Positions 1-10,330 of a stretch of DNA of 64,000 nucleotides are shown here, in pieces; within the stretch, counting starts at the first letter, position 1, and every line of letters starts with the position of its first letter. Source of the stretch: an uncultured bacterium (GTDB lineage Bacteria > Actinomycetota > Acidimicrobiia > Spongiisociales > UBA5794); assembly GCA_963801165.1 (NCBI GenBank), contig CAWDDT010000006.1, positions 1-64,000 of the forward strand. Direction: 5' to 3'. The notes under the pieces are model-generated. The model was not told the origin of the DNA and searched no databases. It saw only the letters and a list, made by a program, of their open reading frames with translations. The translations under genes were made by a program, and so were the position numbers.

Positions 1-880
1 AGTGTCGCCTCCAAAACGACCGACATGCGCAACCACGGCAAGGAGCCGGCCGGTCTGACGCGGCGCCAGTACGAAGTCGCCGACAAGCTCGTTGTCTCCA
101 AGATCAAGGAGGCGCTCGGTCTCGCACGGACGATCATCTTGATTACCTTTTCAGCCGCCCCGATCTCGCCCGAGCTGCTCGAGTTCTTCGGCTCGCTCGA
201 CCTGCGCATCCAGGAGGTGTACGGCCAGTCAGAGGACTGTGGTCCGTCGACCATGAACCAGGCCGATGCGATCAGGTTCGGCTCGGGAGGCAGGGCCTTC
301 CCGGGCGACGAGGTGCGGCTCGGCGAGGACGGTGAGATCTGGTGAAAGGCCGCAACGTCTTCGCCGGTTATTACAAGGACCCGGAGGCGACCGCCGAGGA
401 ACTCATCGACGGCTGGCTGCATTCAGGCGACCTCGGCATGATCGACGACGAGGGATTCCTTTGGATCACCGGGCGTAAGAAGGACATCATCATCACCGCC
501 GGCGGCAAGAAGGTTCTCCGAAGCCTCTCGAAGGCGGGCTCAAGAATCACGAGCTGATATCGGAGGCGGTCGTGATCGGTGACCGGCGCAAGTTCCTCTC
601 GGTGTTGGTGACGCTGGATGAGGAAGCCTCGGAGCGTTACATGCTGGAGAAGAACCTCACCGGACCGGCGTATGCCAACAGCGAAGTAAGGCTAGAGGTG
701 CAAAAAGCGGTCGACGAGCTCAACAAGGGCTTTGCCCGTGTCGAGCAGCTGAAGAAGTTCGCGATCCTGCCGAGACAGCTCTCGATCGAAGGCGGTGAGC
801 TGACGCCGACGTTGAAGGTCAAGCGCAACAAGGTCAGTGAGCATTTCGCCGATGTGATCGACGGAATGTACGTCGACTGA
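1..880 (+). CDS. Long-chain acyl-CoA synthetase (AMP-binding), 5'-partial, split across frames 25-345/342-557/572-880
   Basis: Motifs [43 protein letters not shown] across three consecutive ORFs. Confidence 0.9.
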
Positions 881-945
881 TCAGACGGACCTATTCCTTC
901 CATACGTCGGATTGGCATGCGGGGGGTCGGTAACATCAGCCGCGT

Positions 946-1553
946 ATGGATTCTTCAACACTTGTCGAGATAACCGAACCGGCTCTGGAGCAGATCCTGG
1001 CACTGCGTGAGCAGGAGACCATCGCCGATCTCCATCTCGGGCTTCGTATTGCCGGAGTGGGCGCAAACGGGTTCATCTACGGACCGCGTTCCTGCGCCCT
1101 GAGGACGTTTCCGCCGACGATCACCTCGAGCATCACGGCGATCTTTCTGTTGTGATCGCTGCCGACAGCGTGGACAACATGCGCGGTTCTGTGCTGGATC
1201 TCGGTGGCGACCCGGTGTCACCGGGCCTGGTCCTGCGCAACCCAAACCCAGCGACGCCACCTATCACCGACGGCGATGTCGAACTGAGCGGATCGATCGA
1301 AGAGCGTGTACAGCAGCTCATCGAGCTATATATCAACCCGTCGATCGCGGCCCACGGTGGCTTTGTCACCCTGTCCGGCGTCGACGGCGACCGTGCTCTT
1401 GTCGAGCTCGGTGGCGGTTGTCAGGGGTGTGGTCTTGCGGCGATGACCCTGCGTCAGGGGATCGAGGCCTCGATCAAGCACCACGTACCGGAAATCGTCG
1501 AGGTGGTCGACGTCACCGACCACAGCGCCGGGGAGAACCCCTTCTTCGCGTAA
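946..1553 (+). CDS. nfuA: Fe-S biogenesis protein NfuA (A-type-like N-domain + NifU C-domain), frameshifted near 1080-1150
   Basis: N-term VEITEPALEQI...LRIAGVG; C-term INPSIAAHGG...LGGGCQGCG...VPEIVEVVDVTDHSAGENPFF. Confidence 0.85.
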
Positions 1554-1584
1554 ACCTCGTCTTTGTGCACCTCATGCGGTCACA

Positions 1585-1619
1585 GAAGTGGGCGCCCCCA
1601 TTAAGGGGGCGCCCACTTC
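1585..1619. terminator. Bidirectional intrinsic terminator hairpin
   Basis: Perfect 15-bp stem GAAGTGGGCGCCCCC-ATTAA-GGGGGCGCCCACTTC between convergent genes. Confidence 0.85.
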
Positions 1620-1677
1620 GCCTGAAGGGAGTTGCGTGTGAGTAGCCAGGCGCGTGCGGGCCGCTGGCGACACTCCC

Positions 1678-2538
1678 TCAGGCTGTTCGAACCGCCAGGT
1701 CGTCGTCTCCGTCGTTCTTGTCGGAGTCGTCGGGCTCATGGGTCATATGAGCCCGCATCGCTGTCGCTGCGGCGAGGGCGCTACGTCCGGCTTCTTCGCC
1801 GATACGCGGGAGTTTCACCGAGCGACGCCCCGAGAACGATTCGCGAATACGGGCAGCGTTTAGCGCATCGCTGTCCTCTTCGCGATCGGGGCCGCTCTCA
1901 GGTTGCGATACGGCTGCGGTTCTGCCCTCAGCGGTAGGAGAGGGCGGATCTTGGGGCGGCGACGGTGCGGGCGGCGGTGCGGCAGGCGTTGCCTGAGGCG
2001 TTGGCTGAGACCGGGTCTCGCGATCGGAGGCAATTGAGCGCAAGGTGTTGATCCGGTCGATGAGAAGAGAACTCTCGGCTTCGTATTCGTCACGCATATT
2101 CTGGAGCGCGACGGTGCGTGCTGCGATCATCCGCTCCGTCTCGGCCTCGATCTCGGCGAGGATGTTGAGGGCTTCGTTCCGAGCCGCCGCCACGATGGCC
2201 TTGCCTTCTGCGATGGAGGTCTCGGCATCGGCCCGGGCTTCGGCCATGACGGAGAATGCCTCGTGCCGGGACTTGTCGACGATCTCGTCCGCCTCGGTCC
2301 GGGCGTTGCTGATCATCTCGTCGCTGACGCGCTTGGCGATGACCATGGTCATCTTGAGTGCTTGCTCGGCCTCTTTGTCGAGGGCGACTTCCGCTTCGAG
2401 CTCGGCGATACGTCTGCGCCCGGCGTCTACTTCGGTGCGGAGCTGCAGCATCTGGGTCGCGAGGTATTCATCGACCCTTCCCGGGTCATAACCTTGTTCA
2501 ACAAGTGGGAAATCAGTTGGCAGGCGTTCGCCCGACAC
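1678..2538 (-). CDS. DivIVA-domain coiled-coil protein
   Basis: N-term FPLVEQGYDPGRVDEYL resembles the DivIVA motif; long Ala/Glu coiled coil; Pro-rich tail. Confidence 0.75.
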   Translation of the reverse strand: MSGERLPTDFPLVEQGYDPGRVDEYLATQMLQLRTEVDAGRRRIAELEAEVALDKEAEQALKMTMVIAKRVSDEMISNARTEADEIVDKSRHEAFSVMAEARADAETSIAEGKAIVAAARNEALNILAEIEAETERMIAARTVALQNMRDEYEAESSLLIDRINTLRSIASDRETRSQPTPQATPAAPPPAPSPPQDPPSPTAEGRTAAVSQPESGPDREEDSDALNAARIRESFSGRRSVKLPRIGEEAGRSALAAATAMRAHMTHEPDDSDKNDGDDDLAVRTA

Positions 2539-2635
2539 TTGGCACCTCGGATGAGTCCAGCGCTACTCTCCAGCTACTCGGAGTGTATAGGCAACTACTG
2601 TAGGAAGTCAACTATTTTCTTCACGCGCAAAGTGA

Positions 2636-5002
2636 CTAGTCATCTGGCGGCCTAAAGGCGGCAAGAACGTCCAAATCATCAACGAGACCGCGCAATTCTG
2701 CGGCAAAACTCCTGCGATCGTTGACAATGGTGGGCTTGCCCGTGAAGAGACCACGATTGTCGGCAAGGCTGATGGCAGCCTCGAACAGGACCTTGGAGAC
2801 CGACGCCTGTTTAGCGATGAGACCATCTCGGACGTATTTGGGTCCCAGCCGCATAGCCTCGGTGAGGATGAGCTCGCTGCTGAGACCGCTCTCGAAGGCA
2901 TGCTCTTCGATGATGTCACCGACGACCCGATACGCCCCGAAGAACGGGCGGAGGATGGCGTTGGCGAGGAAGGGGCGGAACCCCTCGAGTATCGCCGCGG
3001 CGTCGTCGTCCTCGAAGTGCTGATTCAGGTCGGGATCATGGTCGGCGAGCTCGCTGCGTATCTCCTGGTCGAACAAGTCGGTTGCCGAGAAGAAGAACTC
3101 GAACTTCAGCACGTCCCGGAGCCGCATCGCCTCGTTGAGAATCGCCCGCCGCAGCGGTCCTGTGTGGCCGGCGGTGACGATGTGGATGAGCGCGACTTCG
3201 GCGATGGCGCTGTTGACGAAGAAATGAATGATCGTGTTGCGGTAATACGCAAGCGCCAGGTGCTGGTTGTCTGAGATGCCGTACATGGCGCTACCCGACC
3301 GTTCGGTCTTGTCCACCACGCCGGCCGCGTGCAGCTCGTCGAGCGTTTCTACGATGGCCGACGGTTCGTCGAGCCGCAGCTTCTCCGATGTGGGCAGGTC
3401 ACGTCTGGCGACGAAATCCAGGTAGGGGGCGAGCAGGGCGGCGGTGTCGGACACGGTGATGGATTGGTCGCCGGCGCTGAGCAGGGCTAGGGCGACGAGT
3501 GAGGTGGGTGTGATGGGGGTCACCTCGTTGAGCCGATTGGCGATCTCGAACGCGAGTTTGGGCACTGCGGGGTTGCGAGTGTCCTCGGGGTCGGCGGGCA
3601 TGTCGTCCTCGAGGGCGAGGAAGGCTTTGATGGAAAGCGGGGCGCCGAAGCGGACGTGGATTGCGCCGTACCGCTGCCGGACCCCGCGGATCGAGGCGAC
3701 CAGCCACTTGAGCGACTCGCGCTCTTTGGCCCCGCCGGACTGCTCGCGGGTGTACGAGCCGACGTCCTGGATCTGGTCGTAGGCGATCGACACTGGGATC
3801 ACTATCACGTCCTCGGCCGAGCCTCGCAGGTAGGAATCGACCACGTAGGCGAGCATCCCGTAGCGGGGTGGGCGCAGCTTCCCCGAGCGGGACCGGCCGC
3901 CCTCGATGTACCACTCCATCGGGAACCGTTTCTCGAGGAGGTGGTCGACGTAGCGGCGGAGTACGAACTTGTACGGCTCGTTGTCGCGGAACTCACGACG
4001 GATGAAGAACACGCCGCTGCGGCGGAGGAAGGGCCCCACCGGGAAGAAGTTCATGTTGATCCCGCCTGCGGTGTGGTTGGCGGGCAAACCGTTCTGGTAA
4101 AGGACGTACTGGAGAACGAGGTGGTCGAAGTTCGACTTGTGCGAGGGCAGGAAGACGAGGGGGTGATGTTGGCTCAGCTCGTACAGCGCGGCCAGCTCGT
4201 CCTCGTCGTAGATGAGGTCGGTATACGCCTTCTCGAGCAGCCACCGGATGGCCCCGGCGACGAGATCGATGACGAATGGCTTGTGGGTGGCGGCGATCTC
4301 CTTGACGTAGCGCCTCGTCCGCAATGCCATGGCCTCATAGGACGTGTTGGCCTCCTGAGCGAGCTGGGCGACACCGGCTGTAAATGCGGGTGACTCGATG
4401 AGCGACTCGCGGAGGAACTTGGGCACCATGTAGCGGCTGCCCCTCAGCTTCCGCTCGGCCCGTTCCAGCTGGATCCACGCCTGGGTGGCGGCGTATGAGG
4501 CGAGGCTGACGCCGGAGCTGCGCCCCCGGCCGTTGGGTGCGTCCCATGCTGCCCGCACGTCGGAGGCTCGTTGTGACTCTCCGGCGACGATGCGGACCCG
4601 GTCCGGCCGCCGGTTGTAGATGACGAATTGGCGCAGTGGATCCGGGTCACGCGGGTCGCCGAAGCTGAGCACGTCCCGCCATCCCACCGTACGGCGGCCC
4701 CCGCGCTTGGCCGGCAGCCAGCAGACACGGAGCGGGATCAGGAGCGGGTCTGTGCCTGATTGGAGAAACGCCTCGATGCGTGGGTCGATGCGGCGCCGGT
4801 TGCGGCGTCGGGTGCGGGGGAGCAGTGCGATCTGCACCTCGCCCTTGTCGGCTTCGTTTGGCTTGTTGCGTTCGATCCAGCCCGTCAGGAGACGCCGTTC
4901 CTGAGGGCCGCTGACCTCGAGCAGAACCAGGTATGGACCCTTTCGGATCGGCCACCGGGGCTCGAACTCGAGCTCGCCATTGCCATTTCGGCTCCCTCCC
5001 AT
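2636..5002 (-). CDS. plsB: Glycerol-3-phosphate 1-O-acyltransferase (actinobacterial PlsB)
   Basis: HxxxxD motif PSHKSNFDH, GVFFIRR, YIEGGRSRSGKL, IPVSIAYD; start uncertain (5002 or 5062). Confidence 0.9.
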   Translation of the reverse strand: MGGSRNGNGELEFEPRWPIRKGPYLVLLEVSGPQERRLLTGWIERNKPNEADKGEVQIALLPRTRRRNRRRIDPRIEAFLQSGTDPLLIPLRVCWLPAKRGGRRTVGWRDVLSFGDPRDPDPLRQFVIYNRRPDRVRIVAGESQRASDVRAAWDAPNGRGRSSGVSLASYAATQAWIQLERAERKLRGSRYMVPKFLRESLIESPAFTAGVAQLAQEANTSYEAMALRTRRYVKEIAATHKPFVIDLVAGAIRWLLEKAYTDLIYDEDELAALYELSQHHPLVFLPSHKSNFDHLVLQYVLYQNGLPANHTAGGINMNFFPVGPFLRRSGVFFIRREFRDNEPYKFVLRRYVDHLLEKRFPMEWYIEGGRSRSGKLRPPRYGMLAYVVDSYLRGSAEDVIVIPVSIAYDQIQDVGSYTREQSGGAKERESLKWLVASIRGVRQRYGAIHVRFGAPLSIKAFLALEDDMPADPEDTRNPAVPKLAFEIANRLNEVTPITPTSLVALALLSAGDQSITVSDTAALLAPYLDFVARRDLPTSEKLRLDEPSAIVETLDELHAAGVVDKTERSGSAMYGISDNQHLALAYYRNTIIHFFVNSAIAEVALIHIVTAGHTGPLRRAILNEAMRLRDVLKFEFFFSATDLFDQEIRSELADHDPDLNQHFEDDDAAAILEGFRPFLANAILRPFFGAYRVVGDIIEEHAFESGLSSELILTEAMRLGPKYVRDGLIAKQASVSKVLFEAAISLADNRGLFTGKPTIVNDRRSFAAELRGLVDDLDVLAAFRPPDD

Positions 5003-5055
5003 AGACGAAGTGTAGAGGTTGAGTCCGTAGGTAGTGATTTTCGTAGAATGGCCGA

Positions 5056-5943
5056 ATGCCAACTGCGTTTCGCCGCTATACCTCAGCCGACGAGGACAGT
5101 GGCCGGTGGGCGGATTTTGTGTTCCGGCAGGGCGACATCGTCATCAGCACCCGTTCCAAGCACGGTACGACCTGGATGCAGATGATCTGTGCGTTACTTG
5201 TGTTCCAGACACCGGAGCTGCCCGACCGGCTGGCAAGGCTGTCGCCCTGGATCGACTGGTTGGTCATTCCGGAGGGCGAGTTGTTTTCACGTCTCGCGGC
5301 GCAGACGCATCGCCGTTTCGTCAAGACACATACTCCGCTCGACGGGATCGTGCTCGATCCGCTGGCGTCGTACATCGTGGTCGCCCGTCACCCGCTCGAC
5401 GCGGCGATGTCGCTCTACCACCAGGGGAGCAACCTGAATCGGGAGCGAATGCGGGAGCTGACCGGCAATGCCACCGAACGTTCCGATCCGCCGCCGCTTG
5501 CAGACTGGCTGCGCAGCTGGGTCGCTCGAGATGCTTCTCCTTTCGATCATCTCGATTCGCTCCCTGGTGTGATGTGGCATCTCGCAGACGCCTGGGCACG
5601 CCGCGACAGCGGCAACGTAGTGCTGGTCCACTACGACGATCTGGTCGGCGATCTCCCGGGGGAGATGGAGCGTCTCGCCGCCCGGCTCGGCATTTCCATC
5701 GGCCCGGAGCCGATCTCGGCGTTGGCCGCTGCGGCGCGGTTCGATGCGATGAAGGACCGCAGCGCCGAGTTGGCACCGGATGCGGGCGGCGTCCTCATCG
5801 ACCCGGCGCGCTTCTTTCGCCGTGGCGGGTCGGGGTCGGCCGCCGAGATCCTCACCGGCGGTGACTTTTCGGCATACGAGGCCCGCGCCGCACAGCTTGC
5901 CCCGCCCGACCTGCTCGAATGGCTGCATCGTCCGAGTTCCTGA
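5056..5943 (+). CDS. Sulfotransferase domain protein
   Basis: PAPS-binding-like STRSKHGTTWMQ, RFVKTH, ARHPLDAAMS, HYDDL, FFRRG. Confidence 0.85.
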   Translation: MPTAFRRYTSADEDSGRWADFVFRQGDIVISTRSKHGTTWMQMICALLVFQTPELPDRLARLSPWIDWLVIPEGELFSRLAAQTHRRFVKTHTPLDGIVLDPLASYIVVARHPLDAAMSLYHQGSNLNRERMRELTGNATERSDPPPLADWLRSWVARDASPFDHLDSLPGVMWHLADAWARRDSGNVVLVHYDDLVGDLPGEMERLAARLGISIGPEPISALAAAARFDAMKDRSAELAPDAGGVLIDPARFFRRGGSGSAAEILTGGDFSAYEARAAQLAPPDLLEWLHRPSS

Positions 5944-6024
5944 GTCACTTCTTCCTGTGTGCTAGGCCGGGTTCGGGGGATGGCGCGGCGTGGCCCGGAC
6001 CCAGGTAATCCTCCCATTTCCCTG

Positions 6025-6265
6025 AATCCGCGGTTTCTCTTCCCTTCAGCGTCTTCGCTTGCCAACGTCAGTGACGCTGACGCCACTTCTGCGAAGGGAG
6101 AAGGAATTCATCCTCCCTCTGGGAGGATCGACCGGCCCGGAGGGCCAGGTCGAGGAGGGCCTTGCGAATCGGTCCAGATTCACAGAGAGCGTGCAAACCT
6201 GGATCGCTCGGAGAGCTGATGAAATCGACCTCTTCGCCTCCCAAGACGCCCAGATCCCGCGGATT
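6025..6265. repeat. Cluster of nested palindromes (REP-like or structured RNA)
   Basis: AATCCGCGG(6025)/CCGCGGATT(6257); TCCCTTC/GAAGGGA; ATCCTCCC-TCT-GGGAGGAT (6110-6128); TCGACC-GGCCC-GGA-GGGCC-A-GGTCGA (6128-6153). Confidence 0.45.
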
Positions 6266-6390
6266 GAGGATTTCGGGCAGAATCGGCCAGGCGTAGCCCG
6301 GGTGAGGGGGGCGGGCGGGCGTTGCCGTTGGATACGGCAGTGTTGACCCAGGATCGAACGATCCCTGCGCTGTTGCAGTCGGCCAAACAA

Positions 6391-6416
6391 AATGGCCCGG
6401 ACTGCTCCGGGCCATT
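6391..6416 (-). terminator. Intrinsic terminator
   Basis: AATGGCCCGGA-CTGC-TCCGGGCCATT followed by a T-rich tract on the minus strand, just after the 6438 stop. Confidence 0.8.
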
Positions 6417-6437
6417 CCCTGCCGTTTTCTCGGCTGT

Positions 6438-6683
6438 TTACTTGCCACCACCGAAGATGCCACCGAGCGCGTCCTTGGCCTGGTCGAGCAGACCCCCGGC
6501 GCCACCGGTGTCGCTGCCACCATCGTCGCCGCCGAGGAACCCCTTGACCTGGCTGGCGATCGGACCGGGCAGCTTGTCCGCGATAAACCCGACCACCGTC
6601 TCGATGACGTCCTGCGCCTTCTCGACGGGGAGACCGGTCTTCTCCTGGATGGTCTTGAGCAGTTCTTCCAAAGTGTCCTCCAC
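6438..6683 (-). CDS. Small hypothetical protein (helical, Gly-rich tail)
   Basis: LEELLKTIQEKTGLPVEKAQDVIETVVGFIADKLPGPIASQV; host-like codon usage; terminator downstream. Confidence 0.75.
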   Translation of the reverse strand: MEDTLEELLKTIQEKTGLPVEKAQDVIETVVGFIADKLPGPIASQVKGFLGGDDGGSDTGGAGGLLDQAKDALGGIFGGGK

Positions 6684-6988
6684 TATGAGCGGTCCGTTGC
6701 CTCGGACACGCTAGCGCGCGGGCGGAAGTTCCCGGATATGGTGCAAGGGAGGGGAAAGAGCGACTAGCGGCTGGGTGGGCGAGTGGCTGCTCGCGCCGAC
6801 CGGGAGGGAGGAGGAGTCGACGCGGGCAGCAGCTCGCTGAGCGTGATACCGGGGGCGAGGCCATGTGAGCATCGGTCCTCGCAATGCCGGTATGGGTCCC
6901 GGCGTTCCTCGGTATTTGACTTCCCAGCCATGGCGTCGTTATCGACCGCACGTCGTCAAGATATGAGTGGTTTTTCCGGGGGGTTTTG

Positions 6989-7342
6989 CTACCCCCATCC
7001 GATCTCGTGGAGGCGATCGTCGCTCATGCCGAGGTGGTGGCCGATCTCGTGGAGGACGGTCTTGCGAATCTGCTTGCGGAGAGCATCGGGGGAGAGGCGC
7101 ATGCGGAGATGTGGTTGGCGAAAGATGGTGATCTTGTCCGGCATGGCGCCGAAGTAGCTCTCGCCCCGATGCGAAAGCATCACACCCTCGTAGAGCCCGA
7201 GCAGGTTGCCATGTCCTCGCCGCTGTGCCGCAGAGGGCTCCTCCTCGACAACGACGACCAGGTTGTCGATCTCGTCGACCACCCAATCGGGCAGCTCGGC
7301 GAGGGTATCGTCGACGACCTGTTCGAACTCAGCCAGTTCCAT
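6989..7342 (-). CDS. Zincin-like metallopeptidase (Zincin_1 family)
   Basis: LLGLYEG, PDKITIF, TVLHEIGHHLG (HExxH). Confidence 0.9.
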   Translation of the reverse strand: MELAEFEQVVDDTLAELPDWVVDEIDNLVVVVEEEPSAAQRRGHGNLLGLYEGVMLSHRGESYFGAMPDKITIFRQPHLRMRLSPDALRKQIRKTVLHEIGHHLGMSDDRLHEIGWG

Positions 7343-7424
7343 GGTCAGATGCTACGACGGCTCGGGTCATCGCACGCCACGGCACGAATTGGCACGACAG
7401 GGCGTCGCCGTTGCCATCCCGGCG

Positions 7425-7789
7425 GTGAGGAAGCAGTATGTCGTGTTGATCCTCATTTGGGGGATTCTCGCCGGTTGCAGCAACGCCGCACTCTGCGGTG
7501 ACGACGAGCCGGAAACCGCCCTCGTTGACGCGGCAGCGTACGCAACGCCGCGAAGCGAGATCGAGGTTTGTATCCTTCCTGCTGACGAACCTGCGACGCC
7601 GGCTGCAACCCTGTGGGCTACTCATCGACCAGCGTGACTTGGCATGGCGATTACCCGGAGATTGTCGACTACACGGTCAAGCGAACCAACGCCGACGGCA
7701 CGTGGGAGACGCTGGTGACCGGGTCGTACCGTCTGCAATGCGAGCCGGGTACGGTTCGGATCGAGCTGGGTGCGAGGCCCGGGCAGTAG
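7425..7789 (+). pseudogene. Putative lipoprotein, frameshifted near 7610
   Basis: Signal and lipobox VLILIWGILAG-C; plausible continuation in another frame (SVTWHGDYPEIVDYTVKRTNADGTWETLVTGSYRLQC) to TAG 7787-7789. Confidence 0.4.
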
Positions 7790-7895
7790 TGATAGCCGCT
7801 ACCGCCGTATCCCACCTCAACAGGCGCGTCGAGGGTCGGATGCGACGACGGCGTTGCTACACTCCGACCGTTCCGGACGAACCCAAGTCCGTCTT

Positions 7896-7967
7896 GGGCG
7901 CTTAGCTCAGCGGGAGAGCGCTGCCTTCACACGGCAGAGGCCACTGGTTCGATCCCAGTAGCGCCCA
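7896..7967 (+). tRNA. trnV: tRNA-Val (anticodon CAC), CCA not fully encoded
   Basis: GGGCGCT acceptor/AGCGCCC-A, D-arm TAGCTCAGCGGGAGAGC, anticodon arm CTGCC-TTCACAC-GGCAG, T-loop GGTTCGATCC. Confidence 0.97.
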
Positions 7968-7972
7968 CCTAC

Positions 7973-8000
7973 AGAATCCCCTGTAAACACAGGGGATTCT
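7973..8000 (+). terminator. Terminator after tRNA
   Basis: AGAATCCCCTGT-AAAC-ACAGGGGATTCT perfect 12-bp stem. Confidence 0.85.
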
Positions 8001-8040
8001 CGCATTTGTCGGATCTTCAATCCGGCTTGCTGCGGTGTCA

Positions 8041-8061
8041 GGTGTCCGTCTGGTGTCCGTC
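8041..8061. repeat. Direct repeat GGTGTCCGTC x2 (11-bp period), candidate integrase arm site
   Basis: 8041-8050 and 8052-8061, 74 bp after the tRNA discriminator. Confidence 0.55.
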
Positions 8062-8116
8062 AGAGATCGAAATCGGAGTTGGCGGGGGCCCGTCTTCTTA
8101 CCGGTTCAGCGGTGGG

Positions 8117-8722
8117 TCAATGGTGTTCGGCGAGTGAGCGGAGGTAGTGGTCGAGAGCGGCGGTTGCGTCGTCGACCGCCATCTGGTCGAGCAGAACGAA
8201 TAGGGACAGGCCGAGCACGAGCGCCAGCAGGCTCACCGCGTCATGGTTGGGATCAAGGCTGGTGCGAACGTCGCCAGCGTCGACCGCAGCGCGGAGATGC
8301 TCGGACAGCGTCTCAATCAGCACTCGACCGTTCGCGAACGCTTCGGCACTGCGGAGCGTCTGATCGGTGACTGCGGCGCCCACGAATCCGTGGTAGACCC
8401 GCATAGCCGCGGTGGACGTCTCGTCGATTGGAATGAACGCTGTGGCGATCACCCGAATCTGGTCTAGGGGCCCGATGGACCCGTCGAGCGCATCGAGTTG
8501 CTTGAGGATGCGGGCGCCGATCGATGCCGACTGTCGGTTGAGGGCGCCGACAAGCAGGTCGTGCTTGGTTGCGACGTAGTGCTGGACGTTGGCGACGGAC
8601 ATCCCAGCCTCTGCGGCGACTTCACGGAAGCTGACGCCGGTCAATCCGTTGGTCGCGGCAAGCCGGGCGACGGCGTCGGCGATCTCGCGGCGGCGCTGGT
8701 CATGATCGACCTTCTTGGGCAT
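8117..8722 (-). CDS. TetR family regulator (BetI-like)
   Basis: MPKKVDHDQRRREIADAV; HTH VSFREVAAEAGMSVANVQHY. Confidence 0.92.
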   Translation of the reverse strand: MPKKVDHDQRRREIADAVARLAATNGLTGVSFREVAAEAGMSVANVQHYVATKHDLLVGALNRQSASIGARILKQLDALDGSIGPLDQIRVIATAFIPIDETSTAAMRVYHGFVGAAVTDQTLRSAEAFANGRVLIETLSEHLRAAVDAGDVRTSLDPNHDAVSLLALVLGLSLFVLLDQMAVDDATAALDHYLRSLAEHH

Positions 8723-8734
8723 CGTCTCTCCTCA

Positions 8735-8758
8735 GTTATAGTACGAACGTACGATAAC
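8735..8758. promoter_or_regulatory. Candidate TetR operator
   Basis: Imperfect palindrome GTTAT-A-GTACG-AA-CGTAC-G-ATAAC in the 59-bp divergent gap. Confidence 0.6.
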
Positions 8759-8781
8759 AGTACTGCATCGAAGGAGTTGGG

Positions 8782-9687
8782 ATGGGCGACAGGTTGAGCG
8801 GATTCCGGAGCCGGCAAGATGCGGAGCGCTACTTCGAGATCTACGACCGGCTGGTGGAGACCCGCTGGCCAGTCCCGCACCGGGAGCTCGGCATCCCGTC
8901 GACGTTCGGAACCACGAGAGTTCGGGTGTCGGGGACGGGTGACGCAGTACCGCTGGTCCTACTGCACCCAACGACCGGATCGTCGGTCGGCTACTACCCG
9001 CTCATCTCGGCGCTGTGCGCCGACCGGCGGGTGTTCACACCCGACACCATCGGCGGTGCCGGCCGCAGCATCCAGACCAAGCCGATCACGAGCGGCGGAG
9101 ACCTAGTGGCATGGCTCGACGAACTACTCGACCGTCTCGAGCTCGATCGATTCCACCTCGCCGGTTACTCCGAAGGCGGGTGGATCGCTGGCCACTTTGC
9201 GGCGCTCACCGACCGTCCGAAGCGACTGGTGTCGCTCACCCTCATCGAACCGGCCGGCGCGATCGAACGGATCCCCGCCAGGTTCATCGCCGGCATGGTG
9301 CTGCGCGGTCTCGGCGTCCTCATCTCTCGCGACAAGCCTGCCGCGGTAGAGCGGCTCAACCGCTGGATGAACGGCGACGTTGACCTCACCGACGCACAGG
9401 TGGAGATGCTCGAAGCGGCCATGGGATCCTTCCGCCAGAAGCTCCCCAACCCGCAACGACTCGATGACGACCAGCTGCGCCGCATCACAGTACCGACGCT
9501 GCTACTCATCGGCGCTGACACGAAACTCTACGACCCGACCCGAGTCCGAGATCGCGCTCTCACGCTCGTGCCAGCTGCCAACGTCGAGATCATTCCGAAC
9601 GCGGGTCACGGCGTCGCGTTCCAATATCCAAACCTTACTACCGCCAAGGTCTGCGATCATCTGCGAACCGTCGAGAACCCATCATGA
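8782..9687 (+). CDS. Alpha/beta hydrolase
   Basis: Nucleophile elbow GYSEGG, C-terminal NAGH. Confidence 0.9.
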   Translation: MGDRLSGFRSRQDAERYFEIYDRLVETRWPVPHRELGIPSTFGTTRVRVSGTGDAVPLVLLHPTTGSSVGYYPLISALCADRRVFTPDTIGGAGRSIQTKPITSGGDLVAWLDELLDRLELDRFHLAGYSEGGWIAGHFAALTDRPKRLVSLTLIEPAGAIERIPARFIAGMVLRGLGVLISRDKPAAVERLNRWMNGDVDLTDAQVEMLEAAMGSFRQKLPNPQRLDDDQLRRITVPTLLLIGADTKLYDPTRVRDRALTLVPAANVEIIPNAGHGVAFQYPNLTTAKVCDHLRTVENPS

Positions 9688-9722
9688 CTCGACGACCCCC
9701 TTCGACCCGATGGGACTCGAGG

Positions 9723-10330
9723 TCATGCTCCATCGCTCGACGAGGATTGTGGATTCCTCGGCCTCGTGTCCATTGACACGACTTTCGATTCTCTCGGAGT
9801 CTGACCGTTGTCGGCCATCCCTTCCGATCGGAGGCGATCGAGACCCTCCATCGCGGCCTCGTCAACCCCTTCGTAGAGGTGTCCGTAGACGTCGAGCACC
9901 GTTCTTGTGCTCTCGTATCCGAGCCGGTCGGCGATGTATCGCGGCGATTGGTTCTCGGCGATGAGCATGGCGACGTGGGTGTGTCGGAGGTCGTGCGGGG
10001 TGCAGGGCGTTCCGACGGAGGCGGTAACGGCGGGGTTCCAGTGCCGGCGGCGGAACCTGTTGTAGTCGAGTGGGCCGCCTTGGGCGTGGGAGAACACGAG
10101 ATCCGACGCCGACGGGTAATCGGTGAGGTGGGCCGCCAGCTCGTCACAAAGGAACCCGGGGATGACGATGGTGCGGTAGGCCTTCTTGGATTTGAGCGGT
10201 CCGGCGACCATCTGCCATGAGCCCTGTCTGCTGAGCTGCCCGTCGACCCGCAGGGTGCGACGAAGTAGGTCGAGGTCGTCGGTGCGAAGAGCGGCGAGTT
10301 CGCCGAAGCGGAGTCCTCGACGACGCCATC
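9723..10330 (-). pseudogene. Tyrosine integrase, C-terminal catalytic domain only
   Basis: GLRFGELAAL (box I), HDLRHT, LGY (in place of LGH), TVLDVYGHLY; N-terminal domains absent. Confidence 0.88.
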
